A stretch of 55,662 bases of DNA from Paramecium tetraurelia (taxonomy: Eukaryota). The translations under genes and the position numbers were made by a program. The stretch covers positions 248,001-303,662 of the forward strand of contig CT867992.1 in assembly GCA_000165425.1 (NCBI GenBank), written 5' to 3'. Below, in pieces: positions 1 to 11,035 of the stretch (its first letter is position 1; each line of letters starts with the position of its first letter). Below the pieces are notes generated by a model, which worked only from the letters and a program-made list of their open reading frames with translations, was not told where the DNA came from and did not search any database.

Positions 1-351
1 CTAAATGATAGTGATGGAACCTTTATCGCTACAGAATTTAGATGGGCATTTTAAGCCATTGTTGTATTCTGTTTTCCTTTTATGGAAAAGAATCTTAAAA
101 TATTTGGTGCCTTTTTATTCTTTGCTATAATTGACTTTTTATATTTTATCTATTGTCACTTCTTTTTGATCGATGGCAGAGGAAAAACAACGGAATAATT
201 AATTGCAGCTTATCATAATAAATTCGGTTATTCAGTCGTTCCAGTAACCAATTAATAGCTATCAAACATATAAACTGATTTATAATAGCCTTAGGAGTAG
301 CAATTGATAACTCAATAATAAGGAAATCCAAAGAATGAAAATGAAAAGTGA
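1..351 (+). CDS. MFS sugar transporter-like protein, 3' end (5'-truncated by window)
   Basis: Frame 1 in code 6: two hydrophobic helices (FRWAFQAIVVFCFPF; IFGAFLFFAIIDFLYFIYCHFFL), then IDGRGKTTEQL, which resembles the sugar-porter PETKGKSLEEI motif. TGA at 349-351. Confidence 0.65.
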
Positions 352-426
352 TTACCAAGGAATATCCAAATTCAATTTTGACTTTATTATAATTGTAAAA
401 ATCATAGATATATATACAAAATCATT

Positions 427-1613
427 TCATATTATATATTATTTGATATTTTCAAAACCCTTCTCTTAATATTCAGCCTTAGTAAAGCAAGCATTCTAAA
501 ATTCAGTACTTCTATTGAAATGCAACGATCCTTAAAACACAGAGTCAATATCATCAAGATGTGTCAAATTAACATTCCAATCAACTGAACAATTCTGCCT
601 TATTTCATTAGATAGTCTATTATGAAAAGAACTAAAAAAGCTGTTTCCTCCACTTATATAAATATTCTCTGCAAAATATCCTTGTATATCTTTGTGTATG
701 GTTGACAAACTATCAAAGAATGTTTCAGTAGGCCCTTTTTAAGCCAAACCGATTTCAGTTGGTCTAAATAAAATCTCAGGTATAGTGATCCTTTCTTTGT
801 CAAGAGTTAATTTCTCATCTAGAAATCCAACATTCAATAGATCGACTGCATATCCTTCCCTTCTAATCTCAAAATCAGGCAAAATATAGTATTTACGAAA
901 ATGATTTTTTGGCTTTTTCATATCTTGAAAGTAATTCATGGAAACAAAACATAAAAGTTCTTTGATTTTACTGCTTAATAGGAAATAGTTTTTTAAATCA
1001 AACTATTTGAAGGAGATGTTATCCTTCAATTAGTTTGTTAGCAATCTCCCACCAATGTCGATTCTTCTCAAACCACTATACATGATTTCACCATCAAATA
1101 TCGGTACCAGATAAGTAGCACTGTGACTTGAGTCAATTATATATGTGAATTGTTTTCTGGATACTCCTTCTCTGGCCAAAACGTTATAATAGAGCATTTT
1201 CTAAGTGTTTATCGGGCAAAATGCATCAACATTATAATACTCGAACATCACATCGAAAAGTTTGTTAACTACTTAATCGGGAGTAAAAGGTTAAAATGGA
1301 TAAGTGATTGAGCAATCCTTAAGAAGCTTTGGATTCAGAAATTTATCCCTATAATCGATTGAGCAGTTTAATACCATATATTGATTTATTTATCAAAATC
1401 TACGAGGACTCCTCTTACGTGAGGCTTGTAATATGTCATCACTTGAGATTCATCAAATAATGAATCAAATTCATAGATCATTTACCCAGTCTTTTTTAGA
1501 TGAGCTATTAGATTCAATTGCTTGTGTTTCTAAACATCATTTCCATATCTAATTTAATATGAGCCATTATCAAGAACAAAGCGCCTTTAATTATTTTACC
1601 TCCAATTATCCAT
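427..1613 (-). CDS. ARP6: Nuclear actin-related protein 6 (SWR1 complex)
   Basis: VLDNGSYQIRYG, KPHVRGVLVDFDKQINIW, IIDSSHSATYLVPIFDG, RIDIGGRLLTN, ERITIPEILFRPTEIG, IYISGGNSFF, TKAEYQEKG. One 26-nt GT-AG intron (1349-1374) restores the frame, giving about 386 aa. Confidence 0.85.
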
Positions 1614-1654
1614 TATTATAATTATAGTATAATTATTTATAATACAAAATATAA

Positions 1655-2536
1655 TCATTTATTGTATTTCTTTATTATTACCAACACCATCACTGCAATC
1701 TCAAAAACACTCACACTCAATATTGTGTCCCAGTCCAGTTCCAAGAAATCTTTAAAATGCAAAGTAGGTAGTATTGCTACAAATACCATTGCGAATTCCT
1801 TAAATTTCTTTTTATAAAATGCTAAATAGATTGAGTAGACTGGTAGAATTATAAGCAAAGGACATGTAATACAAATAAGCAAATAGTGCACTATGAAGCC
1901 AAATATTTAAGTGAAAATATCGAAAAATCCCATTGTATATAGTAATTAGAGTCCCCAACTGAGAAATATCATTATGTGAAATGATTTTATTAACATGCAG
2001 TTGAATTGTATATGTTTTACGGTATCTTAATTACAATCCCAACAAAATTAAAATCTGCAATGTTGACATTTCATTTGTGGACACCCTCCATTCTTTTAGA
2101 TTAGGACATTACATTAGGGACACTGTTTCGTCAAAAAAAATTGCATAACTCTAGTAAACAGCTTCTGCTTATTAAAAAATGTAATATTTTGTTCACGCCA
2201 AATTGTGTGACACTTTTCACATTCGTAATTACCATCGCAATCATCTGGAATTATACCATAATATTTGCAATCAGCCTTTGGACATGGTAAAACGTCCAAT
2301 GAGTTCTATAAGTATTTGATGCATAAAATTTCCTATATTTAAGGTTCATATTTAGTGTCATGGAATATTTTAAGAAAATCTAGATCTTGCTGACATGCCA
2401 AACATTTTTCTTCTCTTTTTACTTTTATTTATTCAACCAAACATGAATAACAATAAATGCATTGGCAATCTTTGCTTGTCACAAATTCATTCTCATTCTA
2501 TGTACAACAACAACAAGGGCAGTTCCTCTCTTACAT
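1655..2536 (-). CDS. RBR (RING-IBR-RING) E3 ubiquitin ligase with C-terminal transmembrane helices
   Basis: Intronless 293-aa frame. RING1-like CPCC...CQCIYCYSC...CLAC, IBR CPKADC...CEKCHTIW, RING2 CPQCNVLIQKNGGCPQMKCQHCRFQFCWDC, then several hydrophobic segments. Confidence 0.85.
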
Positions 2537-3078
2537 TGGATTAAGTATTTATTAAAAAATATTGCGAGACCAAGTTTTGATTAAATTGTATTAAAAAATT
2601 TCTGACAAGGAATTACTTGGATTAATTCAATTGAAATAATAAATAAAAGTATTTATAAGAATTGGTTACTTCTTCCCTCTTTTTAATGCTAATACATATT
2701 AGGTGTAATATTTCTTAAAATTTGAATGTTTAAGACCTATCAAACCTGTGTTTACTGATGTAAAATTCTTCAAAATCAAAGTGTCTTTTAAATAATTAAA
2801 AGAGTTAGTTCCATTTCAATTGATTAAAATACAATTTAGAAATAAGAAAAAAAATAAATAAAAAAGAAATTATTATAGAGTCAATATATTAATTAAATAA
2901 TGAAATGAAGAATTTATTAAGAATTACAATATGCTTAGGAAAAGAGTTAATTCATTATTCATATCAGAGAATTAGGATATGCAGAAATAATTCTAAGTTT
3001 GATTGTTGCAACTAATGAGTAAAGAAACTATTGCCATTCTAATTTATAATAATTATTAATATTAATATTAAATTTTAA

Positions 3079-3524
3079 ATGGAGCAACATAAATAATATT
3101 GCAAAATTTCAAAATAGGATAGAAGATAAATCATACATGAAGTACTAGTAAATAAGAGATTAATACTTGAAGTAAATCTTTTTAATTATCATAGGTTGCA
3201 AGGGAATTCAAAGTTTTACCCTCAACTTGCAAATCAATTATTAATACATACATCAAGGAAGGTAGGATTGGGAAAAAAGAAAGAAGAATTAGAAAATTAA
3301 AAAAAGTAACTGCAATTTATACAATAACTTTAAATCCATTAAATCCACTTTCATCTACAATATCAACTGAATGTGAAATTGCAGAAGTTGAATAGCCTTC
3401 CCTCTAAAGCAATGTGTAATAATAGGAGCTTCCTTAGAAAAAACCATACGATTTCTTAAGCTAATGGACTGAAAACTATATCCAAGATTACAAAAAGTTC
3501 AAATTTGGTGCAAAATATCATTGA
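3079..3524 (+). CDS. Small helix-turn-helix (homeodomain-like/transposase-type HTH) protein
   Basis: MEQHKQYCKISKQDRRQIIHEVLVNKRLILE|VAREFKVLPSTCKSIINTYIKEGRIGKKERR. 23-nt intron at 3172-3194, 140 aa. Confidence 0.7.
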
Positions 3525-3571
3525 AAATTCGATTTAATAATATAGCATATATAGTAAATTCCAAAAAGTTC

Positions 3572-4554
3572 TCAATACTTTTATTTTTAAAGCAAGTTCA
3601 TTTTTCTCTCAAATTCTTCTTTCAATTAATACTTCTTTTTTTCCACCATAACTCTTGTTTCTCTTTCTTACTACTACAGCAACTGCTTCTCCCTCCTAAT
3701 AAACATTAATGATTAACTATTTTACATCATTTAATCTAATTTGTTCATTTTATATTCTGTCATCGATTTCTTCATATTCAAATTTTATTCAAATCTTCCC
3801 TTTGCATAATCAGCATTAGTTAATCCATTTTCTAAAGAAGCTTTTTGAGAAAATAATTTATTATTTAATTTTCTTTAATTTTCTATTTGGATTTGTTATG
3901 ACAAGGAATCCTTTTAGTCCAATTTATTCAAAGTCTTATAAATTCTTTCATTTAATAGATCTTAGGCTTTTTTATAATTGGAATCATTTAGCTCTTGCTT
4001 AATCTAAAAATTCATTGATTTTTCTAATTGTTTTAAATTCTTTTCACTTTTTATTTACGATAAATATTAGTCTTTACGTATTTATTAATAGTTAAAGTGA
4101 TCTACCTTGTCTTACTGAATTTAATTGGCCTTTGCAATTGCTTGATCTACAGAGTCTCTTAAGTGCAGATTTCTTATGTTAGCTTTATCTTCTCTATTAA
4201 GTTTAGCCGCTTGTAATATTTAATTATGTATGGATTCTTAATTCTTCAATTTTTGTTCAAGACTCTGAATAATAATTAATCATTTACTTGATTCTTCATC
4301 ATTTATGATTCATCATATTTTTCTCTGATTGTCGACAATTCTAATTACTTTAATCTAGCTTGGAAGTCACGCTCTTGTTTCTTTTCCTACCTTTATCCAA
4401 GTATGAGTGATTCTTTCTGTTTCATTCTAAATTCTTTCTCTTTGTTTTTTTCAGCTACATCATTTTGCATCTCGAGGTACTTTATAAATTATGAGAGTTC
4501 TTTGTCTTGTTTTATTAGTTGTCTTGAATAGTTTTATTCCTCTATTTTTAACAT
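3572..4554 (-). CDS. Hypothetical coiled-coil protein (E/K/Q-rich)
   Basis: MLKIEEQNYSRQLIKQDKELSQFIKYLEMQ...EKKKYQLKEEFERKMNLLQKQKY*. Several short GT-AG introns inferred. Confidence 0.65.
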
Positions 4555-4583
4555 TCAATATATATTATATATATTATTAATAA

Positions 4584-5140
4584 TCATATTTTATTGAATA
4601 ATTCTTTTAATGTACCCTCCTTGTGCATTTCCATCATGATATCACATCCACCAATTAACTCTTGTTTGACATACTTTTATAATAATAATAAAGTAATACT
4701 AATTGTGGGAAGGTGGGCCAGTTTGAATATTTCTTGATTTCTTCTCTCATCAAAGGATCTGAAAGAATATCAACGGAGTGATAATTTTAGACTTTGTAAA
4801 ATTACAGAACCTAAACAGCATAATTTGAATATCCACACATTGGTTGAGCAGGTGTTCCCTTCATAAATAACACCACTTGATTAGACTTTATGATCTTTCA
4901 ATGATATATATATGAATTTACATTATCGATTTCCTTATGTTTCTATTGAATCTATTCTTGTGTGAATTATGGTTAGGCCTTTTGTTATGGTTAGAAATCT
5001 GGATGAGAATGATCATGATTATGATTATGATCATGATCGTGAGAATGATTGTGATTATGCTAAGAAAATGGAGCAATCATTCTTGTTGTCAAATACAATT
5101 AAGGCATTTTCAATATCTGCTTTGATAATCTTTTGATCAT
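4584..5140 (-). CDS. GRX5: Mitochondrial monothiol glutaredoxin (Grx5/GrxS15-like) with His-rich linker
   Basis: Basic presequence MIKRLSKQILKM, then VVLFMKGTPAQPMCGYS, REEIKKYSNWPTFPQL|YVKQELIGGCDI. Two short introns. Confidence 0.92.
4996..5059 (-). repeat. His-rich low-complexity coding repeat (HNHNHSHDHDHNHNHDHSHPDF)
   Basis: ATG-ATC/ATG-ATT hexamer repeats on the + strand encode alternating His on the - strand within the glutaredoxin. Confidence 0.9.
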
Positions 5141-5311
5141 TAATAAATTAAATATTCTTGATATTTTACTAATACGTAAATATCACTTTGAATTTTTATA
5201 ATTATTTTTTAATAAAAACTATATGATTTAGGATGAATTAGTTAATTTTTAGATGGGAGATCAAGTCTAACGACTAAATAAGTTAATAAAACTATATGTA
5301 TTAAGCTTTTG

Positions 5312-5916
5312 TCATTCAAACTAATTATTTATATTATTAAATTCTAGATTTCTATACAATATATTTAAATGATTACTAGATATTATATTGAGAGATCTTG
5401 CTATTTAAATAGGCTTTCTCCTTGGGATATCGCTTTTTACTTCTATTTTTTTTCTTCAATTAATTAATTCATAACAGTTTAAATTTCTACTCTTAATATA
5501 AGCATTTTAATTTACTCTAAATTCTTTTATTCCTTAATGTTTTAGGAATCAGCATCATCCAATAAGGAGTCAAATAATTGGTTGATAGCCTGTATCTTAG
5601 GACAAGGAACAGAACAGGATCGAATATGAAAAAATTTATGAGTAGTCTTGGTTTTATGTTTCTCCTTAATCATTTCTGCAGCAGCAATACATTATTGAAT
5701 AAGTTAATAAGTAGGATTATTACAAATATGCAGAGACTAATGAGTGTTGATAAAACTTTGGGTATGTCTCCCTTACTTTCTGATCAATTTAATAGGAGAT
5801 GGCAATATATCCTTCGTAACTATCATATGCTATGATTTGCAAACTGATTTGTACTAGCCATTTAGATTTTTGACTTATAATTCAGGGTTTACTGAATGTC
5901 TTTTTTTAATTTGCAT
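5312..5916 (-). CDS. Hypothetical protein
   Basis: MQIKKRHSVNPELQ... joined by a 20-nt intron (gttttatcaacactcattag) to a long TGA-free frame ending NNQFE*. About 194 aa. Confidence 0.55.
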
Positions 5917-5952
5917 AAGTTAATGTTATATTATTTTCTAATAAATTTATTT

Positions 5953-7958
5953 TCAAGATCTTTTGCCTCCGATTCCTTCCCAAAATGCCTGCATGTTCAA
6001 TTTCCATTCTCCACTGACATCGAATTCCCTCATCAAATAATATTGCTCTTGTAATGTTAAATTGAACCCTAGCTCTTGCAAACCAGCAGCAAGTTCCTCA
6101 AACTCAATCTGACCCTTCAATTGCTTATCTAATTTCCTAAGAGAATATTAATCGAAACACCAATTACTTCATTAGATCCAATAGGAAAGAGTCAAAATTA
6201 GGATAATTGTCTGCAAACAACCTCAACTTGGCAATTATTTGTTTAATATCTGCCTCTTTGAAGACATCAGACTTCTGTTTCATGTAATTTACAGTAAACT
6301 CATCAGCCCTCATCAATTAAAACTTATAAACATTGAATTGCACAATAGCTCCCAATTGGAAATCCTTTATTAATCTCAATAAAATAGTACTTTCTCAGTG
6401 TAATAATCATTAGTCAATGGGTTTTTCTACCTAGATCGTTCTTAGAACTTGCCTCCCTTGAATTATATCACATAATCAAAATACCCAAATTCCACTATTT
6501 CTTTCTGAAGTTTGATATACCTATACAGTATCATCTCCACAATAGAAGGAAATGATAAATCTTCTGGAATTCTCTTCTCTCACTTCACTAATTAATCTTG
6601 ATTCAAATCTTAAAATAAATTAATCCTAGGTAAAATTCTTCCTCACATCCTTCTTAGGAGGTTTGGGCTACAAGGAATAAACTGAACCCAAAGAATCCTC
6701 CTCATATCCATATCCATTATAAGGAGGCACTGGCTGATAGAACTTCTTGCCTCTTTCTTGTTTCAAGGTGGCTGGTCTATTTATAATATTTGAGAATATT
6801 ACTTTTATTAGATTCCCAAGACTGTTAGGTAATATTCTTTAGTGAAATCATCACAGCCATAGATAAAGCAATCTCTTCCATAGATCCTGACTTAGTTTCC
6901 ACAAATAAGATCTTGGGGACTATAAAATTCCTCCTTTTTGAGTGTCATTCCTGGATAATGAGTTAGGATTGGTTATTTTGGGATCTTTTACCTTCTCAAC
7001 ATAAGGGGATATGGGTCTTTTCCTGAATTCTGCTTTCTAACTTCCTTAACTTCACATGTGTCATCTGCCAAGTAATAATTGAGTGTGTAATAATTTAATT
7101 AGCCTTCAATGGAAGCATCATCCCAAATAATATCAAAAGACAACACCTTTCTGTCATTGCTGAGGTATTTATTCAATCCTCCATTGGGATGTCCTCCTCC
7201 CAATTTAACTTCGAAGTACTCTTTATACTCTTTGGTGTCTGGGGGATTGATTTTCAAGTCTTTTGTTTCCTTTTGGGCTTTAAAATTATCTCTTGGCAAT
7301 TGCTCAGGCAAAGACAAGGGCTTGCCCATATACTCATAGAACTCTCGAGTGTATGTGTCACAGTCACAAATTCGATACACCTAATTGAAGTTGAAATCAT
7401 ACTCTATCATAGAAATTGATGTTCGAGCATAATTGGAGATCGTCCCATGTATAAAAGTCTTATTTCCCTAGTTTCTTTGGTATCTTCTATCTCTTGATGA
7501 AGAGTCCTTGAGGGATGCCTGAATTTTATACTCGAGGCTACAGTTATTTAATTTATTACTTCGGTAACATGGATTGTTCCATCAGAAAGGTAATAATAGA
7601 TGATGACTTGTCTAATTCTATAGTTTTCGTTGGGATTTTCAACTACTGATTCTTGGAAGTATGAATAAAATCGTAAAACAGCTCGATCATATTTCAACCA
7701 AGGTGGTTGAATTCGTGGGATATAGTCATTTTCAGGTGGTTATCTACTGCCGTAAGTGAGATTCGGAGGTGTTCCCATTTTCATTGAGTCCAATAAATTT
7801 GGATCAAACTCTTCATGAATGAAGTTTGTTTTTTCTTGCACAGTTCCATTGATATTCGAAAATTATTAGGTTTTGTGATGACTCTCTTTGTAAGGGTCTG
7901 AAAATACGTGTCCAGGAAGAAATGGCACTTGCTTAGGAAACTATGCATTCAAAGACAT
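5953..7958 (-). CDS. RIB72: Rib72/EFHC1-like ciliary microtubule inner protein (three DM10 domains plus C-terminal EF-hands)
   Basis: MSLNAQFPKQVPFLPGHVF, PPWLKYDRAVLRFYSYFQESVVE, ENSGIPQGLFIKR, YRICDCDTYTREFY, DRKVLSFDIIWD, PPYNGYGYEEDSLGS, RFIISFYCGDDTV, EF-hand-like C-terminus. Confidence 0.92.
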
Positions 7959-8099
7959 TTTATATTAATATTAATAATCAATATAAAACTGGTTAGATTA
8001 AACAAATAAAAATTAACTTTTATTTCACTCTAATTTAAGAAGTATAATAACATTCCATTTCCCATAATTCTAATCTTTTTATTGAAATATCAAAATTTA

Positions 8100-9098
8100 A
8101 TGTAATAAAAAATTGTGTTTGATACCAACAGTTTGTCTCAGATGTAAATGTTGATCCTTATTGAGATGTCCAGTAGAGTAGAGGGAAAGCTACATACTAT
8201 TAGGCTAGAAATTATAAGAGGCAAAGGACTTCGAGGATAAATTGCACCATATGAATGATGAGGATCATGAATGGGATAAACTGCAAATACAATTGGATTG
8301 CACACCTCATAACATTAAGAATAGCAAATACATCATTGGTACAATTTTGAAAAATCAATTTAGTCAGACATGCTTTGGCTTGGCATAATTACTTTAAGAG
8401 AGCCACAGAATTTAGGGATAGGAATATTTATAGTTACGAATTGATGGATCCTCCACTTCATTACTTAGGCAAAAAATAGTGCGAGAAGATGAGACCAGAA
8501 ATCAATCAGATTGAATTTGATAGGGTTTATATTTCACCTCTATTAAGGTATTCATCTAATCTTATTTCAATTCAGAACCATTCAAACAGCCTAGTTATTG
8601 TTCTAAGATCACCCTCAAAAGGATTAAATAAAGTTCATCTTGTGTCCTCATATAAGCGAGAAAATCAGCAGTTAATATTCGATATATAAATGGGGGAATC
8701 TGACCAATATCCTATAAGACGTATAATCTGAATCATTTAATTAGAATAATAGTCCTATCAAATTCGACATAAGTGAATTACCATTTGAAAAAGAATTTTG
8801 GTAATTTGTTTTAATTGGAAAGTAAGAAAAAATTTAAGGTTTAAAACCATGCAAAGAAGATTAAGAACAATTTTTAGTTAATAAATTTGTCAAAAAAGGT
8901 TAAAATATAACTTTGGAAAAAACAAAACATGCAGAGAAAAGAGTAAAGGTATTTTTAGAGAAATTCAAAAACAATTAGACAAATTCCAAAATTGGAATAG
9001 TCTCTCATTCATAAATAATTAAATTGATTTTATCTTAAACAAATAAAATTGTAGAAACTAAAATAAGAAATGGAACAGTAATAGGGATCGATATTTGA
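8100..9098 (+). CDS. Histidine phosphatase (phosphoglycerate mutase-like) superfamily protein
   Basis: YII|VRHALAWHN, DPPLHYLGKKQC, FDRVYISPLL|RTIQTA, IGIVSHSQII. Several 22-28 nt introns. Confidence 0.85.
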
Positions 9099-9623
9099 TC
9101 TATTTAAATTCTTTTAAAGAAAATAATTACAATTTTATTGTCTAATTCATTATGCTAAAATTACAAGAAATTGAATTGATATATCTGCTAACAATGGAAT
9201 TAATTTCATATCCTGAGAAATAAAAGTTTTCTTATTCAAACTTAAAATTTAAGAAAATTCTAAAAACAAGTAAGGTTAACTAAATTGCCACCTTGTTTTT
9301 AATTTGAGAAAACCCACCTTCTTCTTTCTAATCCAAATTTCTGACTACTATGAATTTACACATCCTTTCTGAAATTACATTTACTTCAGATAACTTTCGT
9401 GTTTACATTCCATCATATACATCTTCTATAATTACTATATTAAATAAGATCATTCTTATTATGCATAGTGTAAAGTTTATTAATTATATAAATTTTAAAC
9501 TATTGAACTAAATGGTCATTAAAATCAATAAATTATATAATCATATAAGATACATTTAATTTTAAAAGAAGCCTTTATTACTATTTTACTTAATTGCTTT
9601 TGAAAAAATACAAATAATTAACA

Positions 9624-10900
9624 TCACTTAGAAATATCAATGATAGTTTCTTAAGAGTTTGCTCGATAACGGATAAGAGGAAGAGAAATTCTAACTTTTT
9701 ATTCATCATAGACACTTTTTTTTCTGATTTCGAAATCATTTTTCCTTTTGCTATTTTTGATATATGGGTTTTCCTATTTTTTAAGCAATCTTCGAAATTG
9801 TGTGAATCCATTTCCTCCTATCCATTTATGAGCTAATATCTCTTGGATTGATATTCTTTGATTATTTTTGGGTACAAATATTCGATTAATAAGATCCTTA
9901 GCTTCCTCTGAGACACTTAGTTCATGTTAGAAATTGCATAGAAGAATGTTGCTGACTTTTTCTTCATTCGTTCTTCCTTTAAAAGGTAATTTACCATATA
10001 GCAGACTATACATAATGACACCTATTCCCCATACATCTACACAAGGACTAACAAACTTGAGTTTCCCATTAAGGACTTCAGGAGGCATGTATGGCAGAGT
10101 TCCGACATTCATAGTTTCAGTTTCCCTCTAAGTACCAGCCACTCCTGCCAATCCAAAATCTATTAATTTGACCTTAATTAAAAATGATTAATACCCAAGT
10201 ATTGCCTTAATTAACTAACATGATATTTTCTAATTTTAAATCCCTGTGAACAAATGTCTTAGAATGACAGAAGAGCAAGGCCTCTACAATCTACTTGATG
10301 TAGATCTTGGCTTCCTATTCAGATACTGTTCCTTTGTCTAATAACATAAAGAGGACACATACTTCGAATTAGTTGTAGCAAGGATCCACCATCCAAGTAT
10401 TCCATAATGATAATGCACTCCTTGGTCTTGGAAAAATAGAGAGTTTGAAAGACCTTAACAATATTACGATGTTGTAATTCTTTCAAGATTTTGGATTCCC
10501 TTTTTATAATTGAGTCCTCTTCTTCGATATCCCTCGTTATTTTTACAGCCACAAAGGATCCAATGAACTTATGTCTCGCCAATAAGACAGTTCCTTGGCC
10601 TCCCTTACCAATTTCTGAAACAATCTCGTACTCCTAGAATATGATGCTTGCATCCAAGTCCTAACCGAAGAGAGTGATATATAATTTATTTCCATCTAGA
10701 ACAAATTGTAAATCTTGCTCTATCAATTCATGACCATTTTAATTAAAGATTCTGACTCGCTTAGGAATGACACTCCAGCCTTATATAATTTGGTTGCGAA
10801 CATCATTAAAAGTAGTTTTAAAAGTGAGAGTCAATTTAAATGGAGGGAGGTTTGGAGAGTAGACATTGACAATTCTGCTTTTATCAAATTAAGTCTTCAT
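9624..10900 (-). CDS. Ser/Thr protein kinase (CAMK/AMPK-like) with N-terminal extension
   Basis: IGKGGQGTV, VAVK, HRNIVK, MEYLDGGSL, HRDLKLENIML, DFGLA, GTLPYMPPE, DVWGIGVIMYSLLYGKLPF. Confidence 0.92.
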
Positions 10901-11035
10901 TTTAATTTATCAATTTTTGTTGATGGGTCATCAACCTTTAAAAATACTTAATAAGAAAATATCAAAATCTAAGAATTACAGTAGACCTCTTGAAGAAATT
11001 ACTCAAACATTGTGATTTCATTTATAATGATCAAA

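Noticed and set aside
4937..5125. Supplied ORF with an MIMIMIM repeat
   Set aside because: Antisense shadow of the His-rich glutaredoxin tract.
9100..9540. Possible small minus-strand gene between the phosphatase and the kinase
   Set aside because: No recognisable motif. TGA-free stretches arise easily in code 6, and this frame runs into the neighbouring gene.
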